Below the pieces are notes generated by a model. It ran no database searches and was not told where the DNA came from. It worked only from the letters and a program-made list of their open reading frames with translations. A stretch of DNA of 64,000 nt, taken from NCBI GenBank assembly GCA_963810935.1, contig CAWEPK010000008.1, positions 672,001 to 736,000 on the forward strand, read 5' to 3'. The DNA is from an uncultured delta proteobacterium (GTDB lineage: Bacteria > Desulfobacterota > Syntrophorhabdia > Syntrophorhabdales > WCHB1-27). Position numbers and translations under genes: made by a program. Of the stretch, positions 20,201 through 30,388 are shown in pieces (the stretch's first letter is position 1; each line of letters starts with the position of its first letter).

Positions 20201-21576
20201 GTGAGGCGGGCAATCATCGATGATCTGGCCGGCGTGGTGGGCAAGCCCAATCTGCTCACGAGCAAGGAGAACTTGCGGGCCTATTCCTACGACGCCACAC
20301 CTTCGTGGACCGGTGAGGCCGAGGCAGTCGTATTCCCGACAAGCGCACACCAGATATCGGCCATATTAAAGATCGCCAACAGGGAAGCCATACCCGTCAC
20401 TCCCCGAGGCGCAGGGACGAACCTGACCGGCGCGACCATTCCGGTACGGGGCGGCATAGTCCTCTGCACTACCCGCATGAATCGAATCCTGGAGGTGGAC
20501 AGGGAGAACATGAAGGTGGTGGTCGAGCCCGGCGTCGTCCTCCGTGAGCTTAATACGCGGCTCGCCGGTGAAAACCTGTTCTTCCCCCCCGACCCTCAGA
20601 GCCTCAACAGCGCCACCCTGGGCGGTATGATCGCCGAGAACGCCGGGGGGCCGTCGTGCCTGAAATACGGCGTGACCAAACAATACGTGATGGGCCTGGA
20701 AGTGGTGCTGCCTACGGCGGAGATCGTCAATTTAGGGGGCACGACGCTCAACAACGTTGCGGGCTACGACCTCCTCCACCTGATCGTCAGCTCCGAGGGG
20801 ACGCTCGGCGTGATTACGAAGGCGATCCTCAGGGTCATAGCCCTGCCGCCCGCGCGGCAGACAATCCTTATCGCCTACGACGATGTGGCAATAGCCGGGG
20901 AAAACGTCTTCCGCGTACTGGAAAACGGCGTCATCCCAGGGAAAATAGAGCTTATCGATAATTGGATCATTAATAAATTCGAGGACATGATGCATATCGG
21001 CCTGCCCCGCGAGGCTGATGCCGTCCTTTTGTTCGAAGTCGACGGGATGAAGGAGGCGGTGGAACAGGAGACGGCGAAGATCGTCGAGATCGCGCAAAAA
21101 TACGGGGCCCGCGAGGTGAGGGTCGCGAAAGATGAGGATGAAGCCGAGAAGTACTGGATGGGCAGGAAGGCAGGGTTCGCAGCGGTCTACGGAGCGGCCG
21201 CGACCATTGTCGCCGACGACGTAGCCGTACCGCGCGGCCGCATCCCGGACCTAATGAGAAAATGCAAGGAGCTGGCGCACCGCTATAGTCTCGAGATCGC
21301 CGTGCTCGGCCATGCGGGCGACGGAAACTTCCACCCCACTATACTTACCGACGCGAGAGACACAGAGCATTACCAACGTGCAATCAAGGCGATGGATGAA
21401 ATAATTGCCACCGCCGTGGAGTCGGCGGGGTCATTTCCGGCGAGCATGGGATCGGGTTGGAGAAGAGGAAATTCTTCGGAAGAACGGTCCATCCGGTGGC
21501 AGTGAAACTGATGAAACAGATAAAGGCTTTATTCGACCCCCAAGACATCATGAACCCGGGTAAGATATGGGAATAG
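20201..21576 (+). CDS. FAD-linked 2-hydroxyacid dehydrogenase, GlcD/D-lactate dehydrogenase-like (apparent -1 frameshift at about 21421)
   Basis: RGAGT, PPDP, SEGTLG, HAGDGNFH; restored ELGGVISGEHGIG...DPQDIMNPGK. Confidence 0.9.
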
Positions 21577-21636
21577 AGCAGTTATTGAGGTTCAGCACCC
21601 CTTCATGAAAAGGAAAGTGCATTTTAAATCAGGAAG

Positions 21637-21688
21637 AGCGCGCCTGCCGCGAATCGAACGCGGAACCTACGGCTTAGAAGGCCGTTGC
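21637..21688 (-). repeat. 52-bp exact copy of the 3' part of tRNA-Arg (att-like remnant)
   Basis: Identical to 21773-21824; lacks the tRNA 5' end and most of the D arm. Confidence 0.85.
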
Positions 21689-21690
21689 GG

Positions 21691-21750
21691 CAGTTATTGG
21701 GGCTAGCGTCGCCCCCTCCACGAGCAAAGCTCGCGGAGCCACCCCCTCAT
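21691..21750 (+). repeat. Dispersed repeat copy E (short copy D at 21579-21606)
   Basis: CAGTTATTGGGGCTAGCGTCGCCCCCTCCACGAGCAAAGCTCGCGGAGCCACCCCCTCAT. Confidence 0.75.
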
Positions 21751-21774
21751 AAAAAGGAAAGTGCATTTTAGAAG

Positions 21775-21848
21775 CGCGCCTGCCGCGAATCGAACGCGGA
21801 ACCTACGGCTTAGAAGGCCGTTGCTCTATCCTGTTGAGCTACAGGCGC
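21775..21848 (-). tRNA. tRNA-Arg (anticodon TCT), CCA not encoded
   Basis: GCGCCTGTAGCTCAACAGGATAGAGCAACGGCCTTCTAAGCCGTAGGTTCCGCGTTCGATTCGCGGCAGGCGCG folds as a cloverleaf. Confidence 0.95.
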
Positions 21849-22028
21849 ACGCCTAATTATAACTATTTAGGGCGGGCGATTGCAATGGAGGGGTGAGTGC
21901 GGGGAAAAGGGGGGATTTGCGGCTCGTTTATTATGTTCTTGAAAAAAAAGCCAATGAAGGTTATCCTTTACCTTCTTGACGCATACGTATCGCAGGATTA
22001 GTTTTTCCATCAAATACTGAGGTGAAGG

Positions 22029-22121
22029 ATGGGTAGCGTCGTTAAGTGGCGAAAGAAGAAGATGCGGAAGCACAAGTATAGAAAATTAAGAAAAAGGACG
22101 AGGCACCAGAGGAGAAAGTAG
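22029..22121 (+). CDS. 30-aa basic protein, bS22 / AURKAIP1-COX24 family
   Basis: MGSVVKWRKKKMRKHKYRKLRKRTRHQRRK; RBS GAGGTG upstream; below the ORF-track length cut-off. Confidence 0.85.
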   Translation: MGSVVKWRKKKMRKHKYRKLRKRTRHQRRK

Positions 22122-22919
22122 CGACTTCATAATCGCCATATTCTCCGCGTCCATATTGCCCATCTTGGGCGTTTCCATTACACCCCCAAGATGGGCAAAC
22201 CTTTTATCGTTGAGAAGGAAGCGGAAGCAGCCCTCTCCGATACAACCCTTGCCGATGTGCCAGTGCCTGTCCGTGCGGCTGCCTCTCGGGGTCTTCGAGT
22301 CGTTAAGGTGGAAGAACCCGATGCAGCCGGGCCCGCAGCGTGTTTCCATCTCTTCTACGATAGATTCCCACACGTTCGTTCGTCTTACGTCGCGGCCCGA
22401 CTCGAACAGGTGGGCCGTGTCGAGGCAAAAACTTACTCTTTTGCGGTCTCCCACGGCCTTGTGCAGGGCTATCAGCTCAGCTATGCTCTTGCCTATTGCA
22501 CCGCCCTGCCCGGCCGCATTCTCGAGCAGCACCGACACGGGATAGGCGGCAAGCACCTCCCCTACCGCCCTTGCGGCGACGTCGATGCCTTTTTTGACGC
22601 TCTCCCTGGAGCCGCAATGCGCCACAATCGCCTTTATCCCCAGCTCTGCGCATAGACCCGCCTCGTGCATAAAACCGGCTAAATTTCTCGGGTCTTCATC
22701 CGAGCGCGCAATGTTCGGAAGATAGGACAGGTGAGCCACTACGGGCAGGTCGCCAAACAGGCGCGCGAAGGTTTCCCGGTCCGAGTCCTTCCACGATTTC
22801 TCTACCCACGACCGGGGGTTCTTCACGAATATCTGGATTACCTCGCAGCCAAGGCGCACCGCATCCCGGTAGGTTTGTTCGAGGCCTTTCGCAATGGGAA
22901 CGTGGAAGCCTATTTTCAT
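22086..22919 (-). CDS. nfo: Endonuclease IV
   Basis: QIFVKNPR, HLSY, LLENAAG, CLDTAH, HLNDSK, DRHWH, METP. Confidence 0.92.
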   Translation of the reverse strand: MKIGFHVPIAKGLEQTYRDAVRLGCEVIQIFVKNPRSWVEKSWKDSDRETFARLFGDLPVVAHLSYLPNIARSDEDPRNLAGFMHEAGLCAELGIKAIVAHCGSRESVKKGIDVAARAVGEVLAAYPVSVLLENAAGQGGAIGKSIAELIALHKAVGDRKRVSFCLDTAHLFESGRDVRRTNVWESIVEEMETRCGPGCIGFFHLNDSKTPRGSRTDRHWHIGKGCIGEGCFRFLLNDKRFAHLGGVMETPKMGNMDAENMAIMKSLLSPLVPRPFS

Positions 22920-22959
22920 GTGCTAAACAGTTCCCTTCCTGCCGACCGGCCGTCGCGCG

Positions 22960-24018
22960 TCATGGCGTACGGTGAACTACAAACGCGCGTCCTTCCCTGC
23001 TTATCCCCGGATATGCGTTGCTGCCGTAAAGAAAGTGGACGGCGTCGAGATCGATAAAATCGAAAGCGCCGCTGCCCGAGGCCATGAAGACGGCCGCGGA
23101 GAGCCCCACCATGGTCTCGATCATGCACCCGACCATCAGCTTCATGCAGTGCCGCCGGGCAAGCTCCAAAATCTGCATCGATTCGCCGATGCCGCTCTTC
23201 GCTACCTTGACGTTTATGCCGTGCCCCAGGCCGTGGTCGGCAACCCTCTGCGCATCGTTTGCGCCCACGACCGATTCGTCGAGAATGATAGGCACGGGCG
23301 ATCTCTCCGTGACATATGCAAGGCCCTCGAAATCGTCCTTGCGCAGCGGCTGCTCGAAAAGCTCTATCTCATAGCGCGCCTTCAAAAGCGCTTCCGCGAA
23401 TGCAAGAAAGCCGTCCCGGCTATACGCCTGATTGCAGTCGATGCGCAGACTAAAGACTGCGGACGTCCTTTTCAGCAGCCCGTAAACGAGGCCGACCGCC
23501 TCTATATCGCGCTCCATTTTGCCGCTCACCTTCAGCTTGTACGCGGTAAAGCCGCTGCGCTCGGCACGCTCCGTCCATTGCGTGAGCTGCGCGTCATGCG
23601 AAAGGACCGGCAGCGTGATGTCCGTCTCGATCCTCTGCGTGTGCCCGCCCCAGTAAAGATGCTCCGTTACTCCCCTTTCTGCGATGGCGGCCCTGAAAAG
23701 CGCGACTTCGAGGCCGGACAAGGTCATCCGGGCGCGCGGGAAATCGGCGTGCAGGCCCGCAGTCAGGGACGCCCAGCCGTCTATCTGCGCGCCTTCGATC
23801 CGGGCGGCTGCATCTTTAAGCACCCGGCATATGGCGCCCACCGTCTCGCTCTTGAATGCCGCACTTGTAGGGACCTCCCCCGCGCCCTCTGCCCCGCTGT
23901 CCGTCGACACGGTAACAAGGACGCTGTGCATCGCGCGTTTCTTTCCAAGGGCTGTCGCGAATGTGGTCTTGAGGGGACGCAGGATCTGTTTGAACTTTAT
24001 TTCTTTAATTGAAGCCAC
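22960..24018 (-). CDS. L-Ala-D/L-Glu (dipeptide) epimerase, enolase superfamily
   Basis: KLK, DCNQ, EQP, DES, NVK, GCMIE, DLD. Confidence 0.85.
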   Translation of the reverse strand: MASIKEIKFKQILRPLKTTFATALGKKRAMHSVLVTVSTDSGAEGAGEVPTSAAFKSETVGAICRVLKDAAARIEGAQIDGWASLTAGLHADFPRARMTLSGLEVALFRAAIAERGVTEHLYWGGHTQRIETDITLPVLSHDAQLTQWTERAERSGFTAYKLKVSGKMERDIEAVGLVYGLLKRTSAVFSLRIDCNQAYSRDGFLAFAEALLKARYEIELFEQPLRKDDFEGLAYVTERSPVPIILDESVVGANDAQRVADHGLGHGINVKVAKSGIGESMQILELARRHCMKLMVGCMIETMVGLSAAVFMASGSGAFDFIDLDAVHFLYGSNAYPGISREGRAFVVHRTP

Positions 24019-24078
24019 TACGAAATATTACTCCCGGCCCGGCTGACGATGCAAGCAGCCCCGGCCGTAGGACTCTCT

Positions 24079-25218
24079 TCAACCAACGTAATATCTTTTG
24101 ATGCGCCTGGATATGCCGCAAAGTATTTCGTACGGTATGCTCCCCGTCTCGCCGGCCATCTCGTCGGCCGTTACCGATGCGCCTTCAGAGCTTCCCATAA
24201 GCACGGCCTCCGTGCCTGCCTTCGCAGCAGGCACGTCCGTGATATCGACAAACGTCCAGTCCATGCAGACAAGGCCGAGGACCCGGCAGCGCCGTCCGGC
24301 CACGACCACGCTCCCACGGTTCGAGAGGGCCCTGGGGTAGCCGTGCGCATACCCGACGGGCACGTAGCCGACCCTCGTTTCCTTCTCGGTGACGTGCGTC
24401 CCGCCGTAGCTTAAGGGCGCGCCCGCCGGAAAGGTGCGCACGAAGGCAATCGACGAAGCCCACTTCATGACGGGCGCCAGCCGTATCTTTTTCCTTAAGG
24501 AAGCCCCGGGGTAGCAGCCGTAAAGCATGATGCCCGGCCTTACCATGTTGAAGCGTGCCTCCGGGTAGTTGCAGATTGCGGCGCTGTTGGCCATGTGCCT
24601 GAACGTGGGGTTTATGCCGTTCTCCTCGAAGCGCTTTACGATTTCCGAGAAAAGAGCGACCTGTCCGAGGCCGAATTCGTCCCTCCGCTCGGAAGACGGG
24701 AAGTGGCTCATGAGACCCTCGACCCGTGCAGAGCGCAGGTTGCTCAGCAGCGGCAAAAGGCTCGCTATCTCGCCGGGGGCAAAGCCGAGCCGCCCCATGC
24801 CTGTGTCGATTTTGATGTGAGCCTTCAGGTGTTTTGTTCCTTTGTATGCGGCGATCCGTTCCGCCAGCTCGAAATTGCCCACCGCAACGCTAAGATCGTA
24901 TTCGGCTAGCGCCTCGACCGGCTCCCACGGCATCAGCCCGCCCAGTACGAGGACTGGGGCTTCTATCCCGTTTTCCCTCAGCTCCTTCCCCTCTTCGACA
25001 GTAGCAACACCGAAATAAGGCGCGCCCAGGGACTGGAGCTTCTTGCCGACTTCGACGGCGCCGTGCCCGTAAGCGTCTGCCTTTATAACGCACAGCAGGC
25101 GCGTCTCGGGCTTTGCCAGGGCCCGGATCGCATTATAGTTTTCTGCAAGGGAACGCAGATCGACCGTTATTGCCGTCCGGTGCTGCTGCGCGCCGTTCTC
25201 ATCCGGCATCTCTCTCAC
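24079..25218 (-). CDS. alr: Alanine racemase
   Basis: VIKADAYGHG, KIDTGMGRLG, GLVCMD, IPYE. Confidence 0.95.
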   Translation of the reverse strand: MREMPDENGAQQHRTAITVDLRSLAENYNAIRALAKPETRLLCVIKADAYGHGAVEVGKKLQSLGAPYFGVATVEEGKELRENGIEAPVLVLGGLMPWEPVEALAEYDLSVAVGNFELAERIAAYKGTKHLKAHIKIDTGMGRLGFAPGEIASLLPLLSNLRSARVEGLMSHFPSSERRDEFGLGQVALFSEIVKRFEENGINPTFRHMANSAAICNYPEARFNMVRPGIMLYGCYPGASLRKKIRLAPVMKWASSIAFVRTFPAGAPLSYGGTHVTEKETRVGYVPVGYAHGYPRALSNRGSVVVAGRRCRVLGLVCMDWTFVDITDVPAAKAGTEAVLMGSSEGASVTADEMAGETGSIPYEILCGISRRIKRYYVG

Positions 25219-26514
25219 CTAAATCGCACTCTTGAGTTTTTTGAAAACGCGGCCGTAGATATCGAGCACTTCTTCGAGCACCCCGCCCGTATGGGCCATC
25301 GTGAGAAAGGCAGCCTCGTACTGGCTCGGGGCGAAGAAGACGCCCTCGTCCAGCATCAGTCTGAAGAACGCCGCGTAACGGCGGCTGTCGGAGGCGGAAG
25401 CGGTCTGGTAATCGACCACGTCGCGGTCGCTGAAAAAGCCGGTAAACATCGAAGTGAGGCCGTTTATCGCGTACGGCACACCCGCCTTCGACGCGATACG
25501 GGCAACCTCCGATGAGACGCGCGCAAGCTCGGACTTCAGGCCCTCGTAAGGCATCTCTTCCTTCAACCGCCTGAGCGTGTAGAGACCGGCCCTCACCGCC
25601 ACGGGGTTGCCTGAAAGCGTGCCCGCCTGGTAGACGTCGCCCTGCGGGGCCAGTCTTTCCATCAAGTCGCGCCTGCCGCCGAAGGCGCCGATGGGGAACC
25701 CACCGCCCACGATCTTGCCCAGGCAGGTAAGGTCCGCTTTCACGCCGTACAACTCCTGCGCGCCGCCGTAGGCGACCCTGAAGCCTGTGATCACCTCGTC
25801 GAGCACGAGCAATATGCCGTGCTTGTCGCAGATTTCCCGGACGTCCTGGAGGAAGCCCTTATCAGGGAGGACCACGCCCATGTTCCCCATGACGGGCTCC
25901 ATGATGAGGCACGCTATATCCGCCGCTTTCTCTTTGACGATCCTGCTTACCGTATCTATATGGTTGAACTCGGCCACAAGGGTATGCTTTGCCAGATCGG
26001 ACGGCACGCCCGCGCTGTCCGGCGTACCGAAGGTCGCAAGGCCCGAGCCCGCCTTCACAAGCAGACTGTCCACGTGCCCGTGATAGCACCCCCTGAACTT
26101 GACGACGCCCGCTTTGCCCGTTGCGCCCCTTGCGAGCCTGATGGCGCTCATGGCGGCCTCTGTTCCTGAGCTGGTCAGGCGCAGCATCTCTATCGACGGG
26201 AAGGCGTCGATAATCGCCTCGGCCAGCGCGGGCTCGTACGGATGGCATGCGCCGTAGCTCGTCCCGTCCGCGACGGCCGCCTGTATCTCGGCGGTCAGGC
26301 CGTCGTCCGCGTGCCCAAGGATAATCGCCCCCCACGACGAGACGAAATCAATGTAACGGTTGCCGTCGACGTCGAAAAGATAAGGCCCCTTGGCGTGATC
26401 TACATAGAACGGCTGGGCCCCTACCGACAGGAAGGCGCGAACCGGGCTATTGACGCCGGACGGCAACAGGCAAACAGCTTTCTCGTATAGGTCTTGCGAT
26501 TTGGACCGTGACAT
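25219..26514 (-). CDS. hemL: Glutamate-1-semialdehyde 2,1-aminomutase
   Basis: GVNSPVRAF, SGTEA, YHGH, DEVITGFR, GKIVGGG, YQAGTLSGNP. Confidence 0.95.
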   Translation of the reverse strand: MSRSKSQDLYEKAVCLLPSGVNSPVRAFLSVGAQPFYVDHAKGPYLFDVDGNRYIDFVSSWGAIILGHADDGLTAEIQAAVADGTSYGACHPYEPALAEAIIDAFPSIEMLRLTSSGTEAAMSAIRLARGATGKAGVVKFRGCYHGHVDSLLVKAGSGLATFGTPDSAGVPSDLAKHTLVAEFNHIDTVSRIVKEKAADIACLIMEPVMGNMGVVLPDKGFLQDVREICDKHGILLVLDEVITGFRVAYGGAQELYGVKADLTCLGKIVGGGFPIGAFGGRRDLMERLAPQGDVYQAGTLSGNPVAVRAGLYTLRRLKEEMPYEGLKSELARVSSEVARIASKAGVPYAINGLTSMFTGFFSDRDVVDYQTASASDSRRYAAFFRLMLDEGVFFAPSQYEAAFLTMAHTGGVLEEVLDIYGRVFKKLKSAI

Positions 26515-26665
26515 TACACTTATTATTCTACGATTGGGCGGTGGTCTCTTTCAAGGGAAATCCGATAAACGCGCACTTCCATCGAAGTCCCCCGGTCGCT
26601 TAAAGAGCCGGACTCGGGTTTCCTGAGGCCATTGTAAACGAGATCATTCAATCCCTCATCCGCTA

Positions 26666-27535
26666 CTATGCGAGGTTGTATTTCTTCGCCCACGTCGTAA
26701 CGTGGATAGGGGTATCGAGGATCTCCGCGCCCGCCTCCGCCAGCGCAGCCTGCTTGCCCGCTACCGTCCCGGCCTCGCCACGCACGATGGCGCCCGCGTG
26801 CCCCATCCGCTTACCCACCGGCGAATGGCGGCCCGCGATATAAGCTGCCACGGGCTTCTTATTGTCCCGGATCAGCGTAGCGACCTGCTCTTCCTGCTCG
26901 CCGCCGACTTCCCCGACGATTATAACCCCGTCCGTATCGGGGTCTTCCTCGAAAAGCTGCAAAATATCGCTCAGGTTCGTCAGCACTACGGGGTCCGCGC
27001 CCATGCCGACCACCGCGCTCTGGCCCACGTCGCTCTCGGACAGGATGCCCGCAAGCTCGTAAGAGAGGGTACCGCTTCTCGAGATAATACCCACGCGCCC
27101 CGCCCTGAAGAGTGAGGCGGGCATGATGCCGATCTTGCCCCTGCCCGGCACGAGTATGCCGGGGGTTGTCGGGCCGAGGGCGAAGACGCCTTTCGCAACC
27201 GCGTAGTCGCGCATCTTAATGACGTCCGCGACCGGGATGTGCTCCGGCACGACGACTATCAGCTTTATCCCCGCGTCGATAGTCTCCAGGAAGGCGTCGA
27301 GCACAAACGGCGCGGGCACGAAGAAGACGGAGGCGTTCGCGCCCGTCTCGGAGACGGCCTCGTCAACGCTGTCGAAGACGGGCAATCCCTCTACGGTAGA
27401 GCCGCCCTTGCCCGGCGTGACGCCGCCAACGATTTTGGTGCCGTAGGCGAGCATCCAGCGCGTCTGCACTGCGCCTATCTTGCCCGTGATGCCCTGCACG
27501 ATCACGCGGGTCAAGTCGTCGATCAATATTCCCAT
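26666..27535 (-). CDS. sucD: Succinyl-CoA synthetase (or related acyl-CoA ligase) alpha subunit
   Basis: VQGITG, GVTPGKGG, SRSGTL, RMGHAGA. Confidence 0.9.
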   Translation of the reverse strand: MGILIDDLTRVIVQGITGKIGAVQTRWMLAYGTKIVGGVTPGKGGSTVEGLPVFDSVDEAVSETGANASVFFVPAPFVLDAFLETIDAGIKLIVVVPEHIPVADVIKMRDYAVAKGVFALGPTTPGILVPGRGKIGIMPASLFRAGRVGIISRSGTLSYELAGILSESDVGQSAVVGMGADPVVLTNLSDILQLFEEDPDTDGVIIVGEVGGEQEEQVATLIRDNKKPVAAYIAGRHSPVGKRMGHAGAIVRGEAGTVAGKQAALAEAGAEILDTPIHVTTWAKKYNLA

Positions 27536-27574
27536 ATCAGACCCTCGATAGATTTTTTACGGATGCGGCCGACC

Positions 27575-28714
27575 TTAACCTGAGCCGACGAGCTGGTACA
27601 GGTGCTCGACGGCATGCTCGGTGGCAGGAGCGGTGACTACGTGGACACCGGCCGACCGGAGGATCTCCCACGTCTCCTCCTGCCGGTTGCCCAAAGCCTT
27701 GGCGACGACCGGGATCTTGAGGTTGTGCTCGTTGATGTAGCGGACAACGCCCCTGGCGCCCTCGTGGATGGGGTTGATGCCTCCGTAGACGTTGATGAAT
27801 ATGCCGCGCAGCCCCGGCTTCATCATGATGAGGTCCATGCACTTGTAGAGAAGGTCGGCCGTTATTCCGCCGCCCGTCTCGAGGAAATTGGCGGGCTTCA
27901 TCTTCTGGGCTATGATGTCCATCGAGGCCATGCCGAGGCCTGCCCCGGAGGAGATAAGGCCGATGTCCCCGTCGAGGTCTACGTAAGTTACGCCTATCTC
28001 CTTGCCTTTGCGCTCGCGCGGATTCTCGATGCGCTCTATCGGGTCTGGCAGGCCCTGGCGCAGGCGCGAAAGGGCCGAGTCGTCGATTTCGAAAACACCG
28101 TCCACCGCAAGCAAGCTGCCGTCGGTAAGCACGGCCAGCGGATTAATCTCGACTATGATCGCCTCGAACCTCGAGAAGACCTTGTAGACCTTCGTAATGA
28201 TTTCGCTGAACCCGGTCATCAGGTGATTGCCGAGGCCGAGCTTCATAAGGAGCGACCGCGCCTGGTACGGGTAGAAATCCCGGCCGGGGTCGATCCGGGC
28301 GGAGGCGATTTTTTCCGGGGCTTTGCGCGCAGTCTCCTCGATATGGACGCCGCCCGCAGTGCTCACTACCACAACGGCCTTCCCAGTATAGCCGTCCACG
28401 GTAATGCCTACGTAAAGCTCCTGTGCGATGTCCGCTTTCTGCGCCACCATTACCTTGCGCACGGGCAACCCGCTGATTTTCGAGGTAAAAATCTCTTTGG
28501 CGATCTTTTCGAGCTCCTTCGGGTCCGAGGCGCTCTTTATCCCGCCCGCGAGCCCCCGGCTGCCTACCAGCACCTGCGCTTTGAGCATTACCGGGTAGCC
28601 TATACGGGAGGCGGCTTCCAGCGCCTCGCTGACCGTAGTCGCAACGCCCCTTTTCGGCGTCGGGATGCCTACCGACTCAAAGATATCGGCGGCCTCGAAC
28701 TCGTGCAATCTCAT
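27575..28714 (-). CDS. sucC: Succinyl-CoA synthetase beta subunit
   Basis: MRLHEFEA, KAQV, EINPL, GAGL, PANFL. Confidence 0.88.
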   Translation of the reverse strand: MRLHEFEAADIFESVGIPTPKRGVATTVSEALEAASRIGYPVMLKAQVLVGSRGLAGGIKSASDPKELEKIAKEIFTSKISGLPVRKVMVAQKADIAQELYVGITVDGYTGKAVVVVSTAGGVHIEETARKAPEKIASARIDPGRDFYPYQARSLLMKLGLGNHLMTGFSEIITKVYKVFSRFEAIIVEINPLAVLTDGSLLAVDGVFEIDDSALSRLRQGLPDPIERIENPRERKGKEIGVTYVDLDGDIGLISSGAGLGMASMDIIAQKMKPANFLETGGGITADLLYKCMDLIMMKPGLRGIFINVYGGINPIHEGARGVVRYINEHNLKIPVVAKALGNRQEETWEILRSAGVHVVTAPATEHAVEHLYQLVGSG

Positions 28715-28984
28715 CGGTTTTTCCCTCACCCGCAAAAGTCGATAATAAACCTATTTGAAACTTGAGTATAAACACGAGCCGTTTGCTTGTCAATATGATT
28801 TTTAATTAAATTTAGAATCAGATCAATGATAACTCCGACCGGGCCGGCCGGAAATGAAAATCAGGGCCAAAAAAGAGGCGGGCAGGGAGGATATGGGCGC
28901 GTGCGGCGCGAATGGCGCACAAAGGGGGCGAATTCTTCACTTTTTATTTTGCTTTTCCGGCCTGTTGTGATATCATCGGACGTG

Positions 28985-29512
28985 ATGAAAGTTCTTGTGA
29001 CGAAAACTCTTCTTGCCGTAGCAATCACGGTCCTTTTGGCCGTACCACAGGTCTACGGCCAGACAAAGGTCGTAACCCTGCTCACGCAGGCGGACATCGA
29101 CCTGGCCGTCGCCCAGGGCAAAGCGCGGGCCGCAGCCAGGACGGTCTGCGAGGGCGGGAAGTGCCGCGAGATGCCTGGTACCTTCTCCGTCATCGAGACG
29201 AAGTATGACAGCGGGCCGGGCATCAAGGTCATAGAGCCGCCGCCGGACGCAGAATACAAGGCGCCCATACGCCTCATCATTAATTTCGTACCCAAGGAAG
29301 GCACTGCGGTAGACGTGAAGACCTTCAGGCTCGAATACCTCAAGTTCGTCTCTATCGATATCACTCGAAGGGTGGCAAACTATGTGGGGCCGGGCGGCGT
29401 AAACGTCGAGAAGGCTGACCTTCCGGCAGGCGACCACAAGCTCAGGATAACTATAAAGGACACCCAGGGCGGAATCAGCCAGCAGGTCTACTCAGTTAAA
29501 ATAGCGAAATAA
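28985..29512 (+). CDS. Exported hypothetical protein, probable beta-sandwich
   Basis: Signal peptide, Cys pair, beta-rich C-terminus. Confidence 0.6.
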   Translation: MKVLVTKTLLAVAITVLLAVPQVYGQTKVVTLLTQADIDLAVAQGKARAAARTVCEGGKCREMPGTFSVIETKYDSGPGIKVIEPPPDAEYKAPIRLIINFVPKEGTAVDVKTFRLEYLKFVSIDITRRVANYVGPGGVNVEKADLPAGDHKLRITIKDTQGGISQQVYSVKIAK

Positions 29513-29563
29513 CCCGGCCGCTCGCTAATTGACAGCCTACCGTACCGCGAATATATTTCTCTT

Positions 29564-30028
29564 ATGACTTCAGGCGATGTCGTGATTACGCGCTGTCCCG
29601 CGTGCGGGGCTAAGAACCGCATCCCCATCTCCCGGTGGGGGGACCCGAAGGCCGTCTGCGGAAAGTGCAAGGCGTCCCTTCGTCCGACCGCGCTCTATCC
29701 GGACCGGCCGGTCCGCATATCGGACACCGTTTACGCCAGGGAGGTCATCGACTTCGAGGGGCCGGTCCTCGCCGAGTTCTTTTCGCCGCACTGCGGCCAC
29801 TGCGTAAGGCTCGCGCCCGTTATTGACGAGCTTGCCGCACACTACGCGGGACGCGTTAAATTCGTCCTGATCGACATAGAGCACGAGCAGACGGTCGCGT
29901 CGCAGCAGAAGGTCGAGGGCACGCCTACGATGCTCTTCTACAAAAACGGCAGGCTGGTCGACCGGGCAGTAGGCGCGCTGCCCAAAGACGAGTTGGCCCG
30001 CCGCCTCGATTCCCTCATCGCCGCCTGA
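29564..30028 (+). CDS. trxC: Zn-finger thioredoxin (TrxC type)
   Basis: CPAC...CGKC plus active site HCGHC. Confidence 0.85.
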   Translation: MTSGDVVITRCPACGAKNRIPISRWGDPKAVCGKCKASLRPTALYPDRPVRISDTVYAREVIDFEGPVLAEFFSPHCGHCVRLAPVIDELAAHYAGRVKFVLIDIEHEQTVASQQKVEGTPTMLFYKNGRLVDRAVGALPKDELARRLDSLIAA

Positions 30029-30044
30029 AAAGGCATTCCTTTCT

Positions 30045-30377
30045 TTACAGCCCCATATTCGACAGGACGAGGGCGATGGAGTTGACCGTATTGACGAGAC
30101 GGTCGTGGGTGCCCTCGAAGCCGCTTATCGAGGAGCGCAGGCCGGCAAGCGAGATACCGAGCAACTGCTCGTCCTTTCGGTCCCTCGTCGCCTCGTGGAG
30201 GGAGCTGTGCGCGAAGTGCCTGATGCTTTGCGCCTGGTCGGGATGGGTCTTCTCAAATGCGACGATCTCCTCTTCCAACGTTGCGATGAGCTTGAGCAGC
30301 TCGCGCCTGTCCTCTTCACACATCGAGGAAGAGGATTCGATCTTCTCTTCTATGTTCTTCATCGTATCGCGTACCAC
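30045..30377 (-). CDS. Small helical protein, DUF4404-like
   Basis: C-terminus FEGTHDRLVNTVNSIALVLSNMGL. Confidence 0.65.
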   Translation of the reverse strand: MVRDTMKNIEEKIESSSSMCEEDRRELLKLIATLEEEIVAFEKTHPDQAQSIRHFAHSSLHEATRDRKDEQLLGISLAGLRSSISGFEGTHDRLVNTVNSIALVLSNMGL

Positions 30378-30388
30378 TTTACCTCCCT

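Noticed and set aside
21637..21688. Second tRNA-Arg gene
   Set aside because: Lacks the 5' acceptor strand and most of the D arm; only a partial duplicate
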